Below, piece by piece: positions 1 through 13,461 of a stretch of DNA of 64,000 nucleotides. The first letter of the stretch is position 1. Each line of letters starts with the position of its first letter. Under the pieces are notes generated by a model. The model was not told where the DNA came from. It made no database searches and saw only the letters and a list, made by a program, of their open reading frames with translations. Origin of the DNA: Piromyces finnis finn (lineage: Eukaryota > Fungi > Neocallimastigomycota); NCBI GenBank assembly GCA_002104945.1, contig MCFH01000009.1, positions 992,001-1,056,000 on the forward strand, in the 5' to 3' direction. Position numbers and translations under genes: made by a program.

Positions 1-900
1 TGGTATGAATATATTGCATCATAATTTTTTTTAAAAAAAAAAAAAAACTAATCAAAATTTTATATAAATTAAAGAAAGAAAATATGGTTTATATAAAAGA
101 ACTTTTTAAACCGTCATCTTATCAATTTTTATTATCTGCATCTTTAGGATTAGGAAGAACAAAAATTGAAAAGTAAAGTATTTAATTTAGTAAATACAAT
201 AGATTTTTTGTAATTGGTATAATGGCAATTAAAAAAAAAAAATAAAATAAAATAAAAATTTTATTAATATTAATATATTTTCATGTTAAATAATATTTTT
301 TAGTAAATGGAAGAGAAAAAGTATTAGTGTTGAAAGGTAGTAATAGAAATATTATAAATTATCAAAAAAAAATTAAATTTTATAATAATCTATTTTAATT
401 AAATTATAGAACTTTTTCAAATACATCTGAAATACAGAAATTAGAAGATAAATTACATGAAATATCATGCAAATTAGCAAATGATGTAAAAAAAGAAAAT
501 TTAAAAGTAATTATTTTTGTTAATTATGATAAAAATTATACCATGATTTTTGAGAATAAGTTATTAATATCATATCTATATTAATTTCATTATTTGATTA
601 AAAGGGAAAATCAGTAACATTAAAATTGAAAACATCTTCATTTGAAATATTAACTAGATGTTTGACAATTTCAAAATATATTTATCAACAAGAAGATCTA
701 TATAAAGTTGGAAAAAAAGTAAAATTTATTTACATTATATTTTTTTGATAAAACTTTATAACAGCACAATATAATAAAATAATATGTTCAATTTAAAGCT
801 ATTAGATTCATATTTGAAGGAACGTCCAAATCAAAGTTACAGATTAATGGGTTTACGCCTTTCTTCATTTTTAGATGAAAAAAATGGAACATTTTTAGAC

Positions 901-939
<39 letters not shown>

Positions 940-1547
940 ACTATAATTATATAATTTAAATATACGACATTATTTATTTAATCCATTTTTTATGCCTATT
1001 TTTATAGTATATAAAAGTTATGGATAACAGTAGAAATACAGTTGATATCTTAATACAACAAAAAGAATATGAGTGTCCAATTTGTTTTAAAATTATCAAA
1101 GTTAGTAATATTATGGAATTTGAAAAGCACGTTAATCATTGTATAAGTAAAAATGAATCAAATCAAAATAATAACGATAATTTATGTGAATCGATTAATA
1201 TTAATAAAAAATCTAAACTTAACGAAGAGAACGATTTTATTCCAAAAATTAGACATAAACATGAAATTAACTACTTCCATAAAAGCGAAAAAAATACTGA
1301 ACAAAAAGGGAAACAAAGTGAAGAAAATACAATACAAATGTACATAGAAAATAATAAGAATAATAACATTTACAAATCAAACCAAAAAAATGAATTAACA
1401 AAAAATAATAACCAAAACCAAAATGGCGATCATAATTGTGAAATACAATGTCCAATATGTAAACAAATAATGACCAATTTTTCAAATGAAAAATTGAATA
1501 GGCATATTGATATTTGTTTAAATAAAGATATAATAAATAATTTATAA
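1..1547 (+). CDS. POLK: DNA polymerase kappa (Y-family, DinB), 3' part only: little-finger domain plus two C-terminal UBZ zinc fingers; multi-exon, last exon 1008-1547
   Basis: Spliced reading gives LFKPSSYQFLLSASLGLG / RKSISVER / TFSNTSE...LANDVKKENLK / GKSVTLKLKTSSFEILTR / YRLMGLRLSSF, matching the Pol kappa little finger. The last exon has CPICFK...KHVNHC and CPICKQ...RHIDIC (UBZ4). GT-AG introns. The gene starts before the window. Confidence 0.9.
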
Positions 1548-1621
1548 TTAATAAACTGTACATTCAAAGAAAATTATTAAATTATTATAATTATTTCTAC
1601 ATTTTACTTTATTTTTGTTTT

Positions 1622-1637
1622 TTGCTTTTTTGCTGCT

Positions 1638-1709
<72 letters not shown>

Positions 1710-1790
1710 TTATTATTATTATTGCTGTTTTTTTTTTTTTTTGTTTGTTTGTTTGTTTGTTTTGTTTTTTTTTTTTTTTTTTAATTATTA
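1622..1790. repeat. Compound microsatellite: poly-T, (TTG)n, (TTTG)n
   Basis: Directly visible; it explains the spurious ORFs 1609-1797 and 1622-1849. Confidence 0.9.
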
Positions 1791-1803
1791 ACATCATTAA
1801 AAA

Positions 1804-1836
<33 letters not shown>

Positions 1837-2081
1837 ACTGAATATTTAAATTAAATTACTAATTCACTTTTATTATCAAATCATAATAAAATATAGTTTA
1901 ATATTAATAAATAAAATTATATTCTTCTTAATTATTTAAGAATTTATTCTAAATTATTTTTATTTTTAAAAGATAGTATGTATATATATATATATTGTTT
2001 TAAAAAATTTATTAAGAAAATAAATAAATAAAAAAAAATGTAATGTTAAAAAATGTAGAATTAAAATTAGCACTTGTAATT

Positions 2082-5000
2082 TTAATTAATATAATACAAA
2101 GTATCTTTTATTGCTCTAATGGCTAAAACACTCAAACCTAAATGATACCAATCATTTTCATATAAGCTTCTAAGATCACCAACAGTGAATATTTCTTGTC
2201 GATTAAGCTGAGAAATCCATTGATTGGCAACTTTCTCATCTCTTCCATATTTAATTACGGAATCATAAATTAATGAATCAATTTTCTGACCATCATAATA
2301 CTTTCTACCTGCTATTTCATAAATATTAACATATATTAGCATATTTACATTAATATTATAATATATATTACAATAATTTAAAATTATTAAAATTTAATAT
2401 TTCTACCTTCTTTTGATTTCTTCTTATAACTAGTGGATCGTTCAGAATTATGAACACTTCTGTTTTTGCTATGTTTTATTAGCTCTTTATAATGTTGAGC
2501 AGGTAATTCCTGGTGATTTTTAAATAATGAATGGTTTCTTATAAATGGTTTACCTTTTGTTATATTATATAAATAAAAATAACGTCAAATTCTTATCTTT
2601 AATATTTAAGGAGAAAATATTAAATAATACTTACATTCATTATCTTTAATTTTAATTTTTAGCTCTTCTTTTGATGGTAAAATTAATGATGATTTTTTAT
2701 TATTAGTTGGTAAAGATAATATTCCTTTTGGAGTTATTTCATTTAAATCATCGTTTAAAATATCTGATTTTTTTGAATTGCTTATTAGCATATTGCTTTT
2801 TTCTTTATTTTCATCATTCACAATTGTTGGTTTATTATTACTTTCCTTCCTTTCTTGTTCCACTTTATTATTTAAAATATTAATATTACTATTGTTGTTA
2901 CTGTTGGTATTCATTTCACTACTTTTTTCATCAATATTAATATTAATTTTATTATTATTACTTTCATTGATACTTCCATTATCCTTCTTATTAATACTTT
3001 TTTTAATAGTTTTTATAGGTTTATTATTATTATTATTACTATTGTTATTATTATATTTTTTATTATCATCTAAAGAATTATTAACAATATTAACTTTAAT
3101 TTTGTTTGAACTTAAATCTGATTTAATATTAATACTAGAATTGGTTTTAATATTATTATTTATATCTTCACTACATAAATTATTGGTTATAAAAATATTA
3201 TTTGAATTTCCATTTATTAAATTCTTATTACTACTAGTATTAGTATTATTTGGTAGTGAATTTTGAATTTCACTTATATTTACTTCATTCTTATTATTCG
3301 GCATTGTTTTTTTCGTTTTATTGATATCATCATTATTTATATTATCATAATTATTGATATTTTTAGATGACGCTTTTTCTATATTAATATTTTTTTCATT
3401 TTTATTATTCTGAGGAATTGTTTGATTCAAATTTACTAAATTCATATTTTGATCTAATAAATTGAAATATTTTTTATTTTCAATCATCTGGCTTTTATTA
3501 TCAATGTCATTTAATGAATTCGATGAAATTATTGATCTTGAGCTAATATCTTTATATTTATAATTAGGTTCTGAAAAAATGCTTGCTTTATCATTAAAGT
3601 ATTTTTCCCTTTGATTATTATATTCATTCAATTTTTTATTGATATATATCAAATCTTGACTAAGATTGATTGTCTTATTATTGGATTTGTTATCAATATT
3701 AAACAAATTCTTATTGCTTACTTTATTTATGTTCTTATCATTTATATTTATTTTTGAATTTAAAACTGAATTACCACTACTATTGTTATTTTTATTATAA
3801 ATAGATCTCATTTTTAATATACTATTTTTAATACTTTCAATATTATTATCAAGAGATTGAGAATATACTGATCCTCTTTCAAATGATTCATCTACTATAT
3901 CCCCGGCTTTTTTCATTTCATGCTGAAATTGAAGATTCAATAATTTAATTGGTTTAGTAATATTCTCGACATTCTCATTTTCATAATTCCATTTAGAATT
4001 AATTGTTGAGCTATTTGAATATGATCTATTTTTTTTATTATTTTTAATATAAGCATTACTATTAATGTTTAAATCTTTAGTATGATTTTGATTTTTATCT
4101 TGATTTTGATTACTTTTACAATATTTTAAATAAGCTTCAGATGAAAAATAACCTTTTTTCAGTGATGAAGATAATGCCTTTATTACATCAACACTATTAC
4201 TTGAAGTAACTGATAATGATGATAAATTTCCATTAAAATTATTTATATCGCTACTTTCATTATTACCATTTATATGATATGTAGAATTCAATGCATTTAT
4301 TTTTGGAGAATAACTTGAAAGTGATGATGTAATTGGATAATTATCTTTATATGGATTTATTGAATAACTTTGATTATCAATAAAAAACTCATTACTTTTT
4401 TTGTTCTTATTAGTATAATCCAATCTTCCTACTGAATAAGTTGGACTTGAAGAACGATCAAAAAACTCCGAATTATTTGCTGTAGAACAAGAACTTGATG
4501 GTCTCGTATAGTAACTTTTAAGATTTGTTAAAGAATAAAATGATCTTGCATATTCTGAATTATCATTATCATTTTCTTGATCATATTTATTATGAAATAA
4601 TGAACTACTTTTTTCTGTTTTCAATATATTATACTTCTCATCCTCTAAATTACGAATATATTGGAATCGATTAATATTATTATTTTCTTTATTATTACTT
4701 AAATCAGCATTTAATTTGTTTTTGTTCTTACGTGAATCACTTTTAGGTAATAATTCATTATTCTTACTGTTAATATTTTTCTCCTTAATTGTACTATTTA
4801 TACTATAATTCTCATCATTTTTTCTAATTGTCTTTAAATAATGCTCTTCATTTTTAGTAGCGTTCCTAACAGTATGAGAATTAACATCACTTTCATTATC
4901 TAAAAAGGAATTAGTATTCTTTAATAATATATTATCAACTGATGATTTAATCAGATCATAATTTTTATCATAATCTTTATTGCATTTAATATTACATATT

Positions 5001-6268
5001 GAATTTGATATCTTACTATTTTCATTATTCTCATTATTCAAAATATTTTCTTTACCTTTATCTTTTATAATTTCATTATCATTTTCACATAACGTCTTAT
5101 AAGATATTGATGTTGATTCGAATGAACTATTTTTTGATTTATTATTTACTTCGGTATTAGTACAATTGTTTTTATCCTTAATTTCTTTATTTTCTTTATT
5201 AATAAAATTGCTGGTAGGTATTTTATTTTTTAAGAGATATATCAACTTAATTATTTCGCTATTTATTTTTAAAGATTCTTCTTCATCATGTATTTTCTCA
5301 AGTATATAATTTTGTATTAGAAATGCATTTGAATTTAGCGTTTTTTCATTATTATTTTCATCAATCCAATCTATATTGAAATTATTATGTGTATTATCAA
5401 CCTTAAAGACAGGTGTTATATTATTTATTTTTTTATAACCAAAATCTTCAAACTTATTAATATATTCATATATATTTTTAAATTCAATATTTATACAAAA
5501 TCTTGTTAATAAGTTAAGAGTATTACATAATTCTTTCTTTAGAATTTCATTAATATGAGATAAATATCTTACTAATTTTTTAACATTTAATGTGTATATA
5601 ATATCCTTTTTTATGGATTTATTAAATATTATAATATTTATAAATAAATCAAGCAATTCATTCTGCTTATTTTTCTCTGGATCATTATTTTTCTCAAAAA
5701 TATCATTAAGCTTGCTAGATTCAAGTATTAAGAAATTTAATAAATAAGCCATATTAATAATTAAGTCTTTTAATAACGATGAATTAAAATCTTTATTCTT
5801 TATGCATGAAACAATTTCAAAAGCATAATAATCACAGTCACATAAATATGCTATTAATATTTTTGAAAGCCTATCAGTACATATTGGCCAATTTTTTTTT
5901 AATTGATTTTTATTATTGTTTTCAATTAAATTATAAGGTTCAATAAATATTGTTAAACCCAATATTTTATTAATCTCAAAACAACTATTATGCCATTTTG
6001 CATTATTATTTAAATCTTCAAATAAATTTTCTTCTGATATTATGGGCCATTTACAACCATTACATAATACTTCTTTCTTATTTTCCTTTATTGAATAATT
6101 ATTAATATCATCTAACTGTATTGAGATAGGTGATATATTCTGAAAAGAATTCTTTTCTTTACATTCCTTACATTGTTTTTCAATTACATTTTTATTGTTT
6201 TTCTTTATTTTTTTTTTACAAATCTCACACCTTGATGATTTTTTATGATTAAATATCTTCTTAAACAT
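2082..6268 (-). CDS. ~1336-aa protein: N-terminal Cys/His LIM-like region, long Asn/Ser-rich low-complexity middle, C-terminal SAM-like domain; exons 6268-2635, 2553-2407, 2311-2082
   Basis: ORF 2606-6268 has a GTAAGT donor at 2634 that splices in frame through 2553-2407 into ORF 2082-2342. Motifs CNGCKWPI...WHNSCF (LIM-like) and QWISQLNRQEIFTVGDLRSLYENDWYHLGLSVLAIRAIKDTL (SAM-like). Domain names are by motif resemblance only. Confidence 0.7.
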
Positions 6269-7159
6269 TTTGAATGATAGTAATATATATCTACACTAAA
6301 TTATTAAATTATATTTAAAGGATTTTAATGTATACTTCAAATTTTTATTAAAAATAAAATAAAATAAAATAAATTAATATATATAATGATAATAACAATA
6401 AAGCTATATTCTCGAAACAATATTTTTATAAATAATGAAATTTTTCATATCCTCAAATATATTTTTTGTATATAAATTTATTATTACTTATTGTTGATAA
6501 AAAAATCTTTTTTTAATTAATTCTGAATTCGAATTTAGAAAAGAAATAAATTGTTATAATTTCTTTTGTTTTTTGTTTAATTTCTTGTTTTAACTATATT
6601 AATATACTTTAATCTTTTATTAAATTAAAACAAGTTTACTAGTAATACTAATCATTATAAATTATTAATAGAAAGAAAAATTACTAACAAGGTTAATATA
6701 TTATTTTTTCTATATTTTTTTTTTTTTTGTGTTCTTAAGAAATATTAAACTATAAAAATAATTACTAATGAAATATAATTTCCCTATTTATAATAAAATG
6801 CAAATAAACTTGTTTTTTCATTATCAATTAATGATAAAAATAACGATTTTCTAATTTTGTATATTCATTTTTATTTAAAACAGAGAGAAAATATCACAAT
6901 GAAATAGTAAAATAACACTCGTTAAAAAAAACTGATATATTATAAATTGACTTATTAATATATTAAATTATGTGGCAAATATAGTCTTGTTTTAATTTAT
7001 ATTAAATTTAATTAAACAATAATATATTTTTTAATAGCATGATTTAATATTTTATATAAAACAATTAAATTTTTTTTGAAAAAGTATGGAATAATAATAT
7101 TAATAAAATACTATACAACGTTACACATAATTTATAGGTTATCATTTAAAAAATTAAAC

Positions 7160-7226
<67 letters not shown>

Positions 7227-7227
7227 T
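7160..7227. repeat. (TATT)n microsatellite
   Basis: Directly visible; it accounts for the FIYL-repeat ORF 7076-7339. Confidence 0.9.
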
Positions 7228-7591
7228 AAAATATAGTATATTTTATATATTCTCCAATTCAGTAATACAACACAAAACCACACCTACATTTGTAATATTT
7301 TTATTTTTATTTTTTTTTTTTTTACTTTATTTTTATTAATTTTATCATCATTTTATTTTATTGCTATTATCCTCATTAAAAGAAAAAAGAAAAAAAAAAA
7401 TTAAATAAAAAGTTTTTTTAATGAGATTTTATATTTTATTTTATATTATATTATTATATTATATTATATTAATGAGTTATTCGAATTTCAAGAAAATCAT
7501 ACAAAAAAATTAATATTTATAGATATACTAATTTAAAAATATAAAATGTTGTAGAAATGGAATTATAAAATTTTATCGAAATTTAATTAAA

Positions 7592-10500
7592 TTAATGTCT
7601 CATTGAACTTGAATGGGAATAATGTTGATGAGCATTACTTCTATGCATAACTCTTCCTTTTGGATTACTTTTAAATGCTCTAATAATTTCATCAACACTT
7701 GAATAAGTAGTTTTTCTAAATATAAATCCATTTGGTTGTAATTGTATATACTATAATAAAGTATAATATTAATTTATTATTGAAAATTTATTTTATTATA
7801 ATTATTACTTAATACTTAAATTTAAACTTACTTCATGTTTGGGTCTATCATTAGAATTAAATTTATAAGCAAGGTAGAAATATCCAGGTTTTCTGTGTGT
7901 GATACAAAATGCATAAGCAGCCATATTAGGCTTGTTTTTAGTTTGAACTGCAAGATAATCATCTAATTATAAATAAAAAAAAATAATAAAAATATTTTAT
8001 TTTTATTATTTAATTATTTATTCATTATATATTGTATTATATTATTTAAATATTTGAATAAAATAAAGTATATTTACTTATATCATCTAATGTTCCCTTT
8101 TTATATTTTGGATGATTCATCATTTCTTCAGCCCATCTAGCCATAGGTTCAACGTATACTACTACTAATTCATCTAATTCAGTAAACTCGGTATCATTTA
8201 CCTTCAATATTTTTCCTATTTTAAATTCACCATCTTTACCTTGTTCTTGAATATCTTTTGCACAATTTACAATAATAATTAATAAATAATATGATATACA
8301 ATATATGAAATTAATATATTAATTATATAATTAAAATATATATATAAAAATAATTATGTAGATTGAATAAAAATTTTGCTATGAAATTCTTACCTAAATG
8401 TTGATAAACATTATCATCAATTTTCCATGTAATTGCTAGGTGATCATTACCCTTTGACGAAGGGCGAATTACAATTTCACCTCTTGGGCGAGATGAAAGA
8501 TAATTTTCAGCTTCTCTATAATCAAATGATTTAAAGTATGGATGTTGTATATTTCTAGTAATTCTTTTAGTTGCTTTTTTATATGCATCTATTAAATAAC
8601 AATATAAATAACATTTTTTATTCATTATTTATTATTTTTAACATAATAATTTAAATATAATTTATATATTAATAATATATAGCATTAAAATATACTATAT
8701 ACTATACCTGATAAAATTTTTTTATCTTTTCTTTCTTCATCATAATTCCAATAATCATCATGTAAAATATTTAATTCACGTTTTACTTCTTCTGGAACAG
8801 TTGTAACATCAACAACAAATCTTTCTTTATCTACACTCAAAATTTTACCAGATAAAACATCACCAGCTCCAACATAATCTTCAACATTACGTATATTTTC
8901 ACCAGTTAAATTCTCAACAGCAATATTTACTTCAATACCAGATGGTAATATACCTTTAACAGTTCTTCCAGCAGCATATGTAATTTCAACACTAACAGAC
9001 ATTCCTTCAGAAAGAGTATCATTAGTTTCACCTGTCAACATAACAAATATTTCATCTTCATTTAATGGATGCCACTTACGACGCTTTTCTTTATACGGGT
9101 TTTGTAATTCTTCTCTAATTTGATTTAATGTAATTTTTTTTGGTTCATGAATAACATTATTTTCAAGTTCTTCTGCGTATGCATCTAATAATAATGTATC
9201 TAAACGATAAGCTTCTCCATTCATTAATTCTTCTACATGTTGAGATGGATTTTCATCATCATCAATTTGTTCGTCGACATCTAATGCATCAGCAGCCATC
9301 TTTCTTGCTAAATCATAATCTTCTGGGTGAATACGTGTATCATCTAATACATCATAAAACATATCACTTCTTCTTTGATTAAAATATTTTTCTCTAATTC
9401 TTAGAAAACTAGCACAGTTCATAAATATGTTTCCACCAATAATATTTTTATGAATTAAATCAGAACGAGAAAGTATAACTCCTCCTGAACGAGTAATCTT
9501 TGAAATAATATTAGCAGCCTTTCTTTTTCCAAGGCCACTTACAAATTGAAGAGTATTGGAATATTCTGGATATTGTACTGCACGGTTAATATCGACACCA
9601 ACATGTGCAATGGCATTTATAAATGAACGTTCAAAACGTTGATTCATTAGTGTTTCTGGAACCATAGGTTGTAATGGGTCTAATCTTAATAAGCTAATTT
9701 CATTATCAGTATTACACAATGCTGCATACTCCATTAATGAATCTTGAACTGTTCTTGCCAAAGATACACAATATAGCATTAATGGTGAATATAATGGATA
9801 TTCATTCTTTCCTCTTGTAGATTTCATATAGATCTTTGCTGGATTATCATCACCAATTTCAACTGGAATATTTCTAATAAGATTTAATTCCTTTGATACA
9901 TCATCAGCAACGTTCCTTATTCTATCCATCATTCTATTAGTAATTAAATCTGGTGTCCAGCCACCAACAACAATTATATCAGGAATATGATGCATTAAAA
10001 ATTCTTTTAATTTTTCAGCCCCTGGAGATGATTCTGCAGCTTTTTGATTACGATTATGAAAACCTTCGAGTATACAATGATCAGCAACTTTACCATCTGA
10101 ACCAATTGCCATACATATGCCAGGTTCGTTTATCTTAAAATCACCCCAACTTATACTTACTACTTTACAATATTCACCTTCTGAATCATAATCTTCCAAT
10201 ATTTTTTCATTATATGGAGCCTTTGTAATACTCTATATATAATAATATAATATAAGTATATAAACAAATACAAATTTTATTAAAAAAAAATAAATAAATA
10301 ACTCACATTTTCTAATTTTCCCATACAATGATCAGCAACAATAATGCATGCATCATTAATAATCTTTGCCTTCAACCAATCCGAGGTTATTGGGAATAAT
10401 ATATCCTTTAACGCCTTTTCTAGAACTTCTTTTCTTAGTTCATTCCATGCTTTTGCAACTTCGTTGTAATTATCATTTACAATATGTTCATATATACTAT

Positions 10501-13461
10501 CAATTCTTTGATCTTCATTTTCTAAATGAATAGATGTTGTTACAAGACCTTCCTTTTCTGCTTTAACAATTTGAAGAAAAACTACCTTATTAATAGGTTC
10601 TCCTGTACTATATTCTTTGATTGGTTTACCTGTAATATATTTAAATTCCTTTTAAATATAAATATATATTATATTTGATTATTAATTGATAACTTGATAA
10701 TACTAGATAATAAAATAATTAAACATAATTCATTTTTACATAATATATATGATTTTCATCAATTTCTTTTTTTCCTCTATCTGTTGGTAAAATATCTATT
10801 ACAGCATGTTCTTCGTATATATGCCTTATATAATCCTTAAATAAAGGTTCATTTGCTATTTCTTGCACAAGCATACTTTTTGAAGCTATATATTTATAAA
10901 TATTTATATTTAAAATACTTATTTATTTCATTTATATATTTTATAATTAAATAATAAAATACCATTAATAATTTGCTGGGGTGTTCTTAAGTAAACATTT
11001 GACTTAACAACGAATTTTTCTGCAAGTTTTTCTGGTGATTCCATCTCATCTTCTGGGAAAAATTTTTTAATTCCTTCACTAATACTGACAGCTAATTCTC
11101 TTACTTTAACATGGAAGAGCTTAAAATAATATAACATCATTGTTTTAAAAAAACAAATTCATAATATCTTTATAAATATATTTAATATTTTATTTTAACC
11201 TACTTTAACAAATTCACCAACACCAGCTTTTTTCATTTTTTCATAAAATCTAACTCTTACTGGACGTTTTAATTTCTTTTCATTAGATTGTGAGTCATTA
11301 CGGGCATCACTTCCATAAATAATTTGAATATACTCTAGCAAATCTTGTGCTCTTTCAATTGAATTAATTTGTTTTAATGACTCTGTAATTGATTTATCAT
11401 TTTTTGCTTCTGAATTATTATTACATAAATTTTCATATATAGACATTATTAATTTTTTTTTATTTTCAATTGCTTGGAATTCTTCATCATAATCATAAAT
11501 TAACCATAATTCATGATCATTTAATTTATTTTCATCTTTCCAAAAATCTTTTCTATGAGAAAAAATAAATGGTACTTCATAATTATCTTCACGTATAAAT
11601 CTTAAAACATCTCTAATTGGTGTTTGTAATGAATTATTACTATACTTTTCTCTTTTCATAAGAATCTTTTCTTCAATAAAAGCAGCTTCCCGATTCAATT
11701 CATCACCTTCAGGTGGATTATTAATATATTTTAACTATTATTATAAAGACGTGAGCATTTGCATGTATATAAATGTATATATAAATATATAAATATGTAC
11801 ATATATATTAATTAAAATATAAAAACTATTTAAAAAATCATGTAATTTTATCAATAAATATATTTCTTTATACTTGTATTCTTTCTGGAACATCCTTAAT
11901 TCTAATTGCATCATCTTCTTCTGTAAGAAGTTTTTCAGCTATTTCATCTGGTTCGTAAACATCTTTAAGTCTAACTGGATTGTCTCTATTTATATCATTA
12001 ACATCATCTTCATCTTGCATATCCTATTTAAAAAAAAACCGGAATGAAAATTTAGCCAGATATACTCTAATTATTAATATTGTTATTCTATATTAATAAA
12101 TTAGACTATTATTTATAATTAATAGTTTAATTACATTAATATCCATGGCATAAGCATATTCACTACCATCACCAAAAATTTGTTGAATCATAAATAATGA
12201 CCTATATATTAATTATATAACTTATATTAATATTGCACTTTTCTCTATATAATTTTAAAAAAAAATTGATAAATAGTAATTTAAAACTTTTGAATTACTC
12301 ACTCATCTGTAATACCCAATGATTCACCAATATCTTTTACGAATTGCTTTTGTTCTTTTCTTTCATTTGCTCTTTGTTCTTTCATTTCTGGAGTTAACTC
12401 ATCTTCATCATCATCGATAAAATCACCTAAATCATCTTCATCATACATTTCATGATCATCGTCATGTTGTTTAATTTCACCTTCTTCTGCATCTTCATCA
12501 TCCATAAAAATCTTAGTTAAATCTTCTTCTGCTCTATCTCTTGATGGAATAGATGTTTCTTGTCTTCTCTTCTTCAATCTCTTAAAACGTTTTTCCTTTA
12601 TTTTTAAAATTATAAATCCTTTATTAATATAATAAAATTTATCATTTATACAATACTTAAAAATTAACTAATTTAAAATTTATAATACATACCTCTGGTT
12701 TTTGCCATTCTATACCAGTGTTTTCTGCAATTAACATTCTATCTTCATCTAAATCACTTTCTGAATCTGAATCTTATTGTTATTAATTTGAATGTTTTTA
12801 TATTTTTATAAATTAATTTTAAATTTACAATAATTCCAATTGATATATAATAAATTAAAAGTTTCATTATTTTGTATAATTTAAAATACCTTTAAATGAA
12901 TGATGCTTTCTTCTTTTTTTTTTTTTGTGTGAAGAAATTTCAGTTTCCTCTTCAATTTCTTCCTCCTCCTCTACACCCTCATCATCTACAATAAATTTTT
13001 TATCTTCTTCTGTTTCCTCAATATCATCACCTTCATCATCTTCATCATCTATATTATCATCTTCTTCTACTTCATCTGAATTGTAATTACGACGCTGATA
13101 ATACGAAATAAAAAAAGATAATTATAAATTAATACAACATTCATTCTTTAAAATTTTATATATTATTATGATTTTTTATATGTATTAACTGAATAATCAT
13201 CTTCATCTTCATCTTCATCTTCTTCATGGATCTTTATATTGCAAAATATTTTAAAAAATTAAAAATAAAAATAAATATAAAAAATATATATATATTTAAA
13301 AATTGAAGTTTAGTTTAGATTTTAAGAATTCTTTATTAATTAAGCCAAATATGATTTATATATTAAAATATTTTTATATTATTATATACCTTTCTTGATT
13401 TTCTTGGTCTTATAACTTCATTGTCTGAATAATCAAAATCAGAATTTTCTTCTTCGGACAT
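7592..13461 (-). CDS. SPT6: Transcription elongation factor / histone chaperone Spt6, multi-exon
   Basis: Acidic N-terminus from the ATG at 13461 ([13 protein letters not shown]). YqgF region VVSISWG, Hh[43 protein letters not shown]1 domain, and SH2 [16 protein letters not shown]...[16 protein letters not shown]. Stop TAA at 7592-7594. Confidence 0.96.

Noticed and set aside
1153-1849. ORFs 1153-1347, 1267-1563, 1609-1797 and 1622-1849
   Set aside because: These are off-frame or antisense shadows of POLK, or translations of the T/TTG microsatellite.
2778-3266. 162-aa Leu/Ile-rich 'membrane protein' ORF
   Set aside because: It is the antisense reading of AAT-rich Asn codons. The same applies to 43036-43256, 46929-47237, 62099-63691 and 36922-37405.
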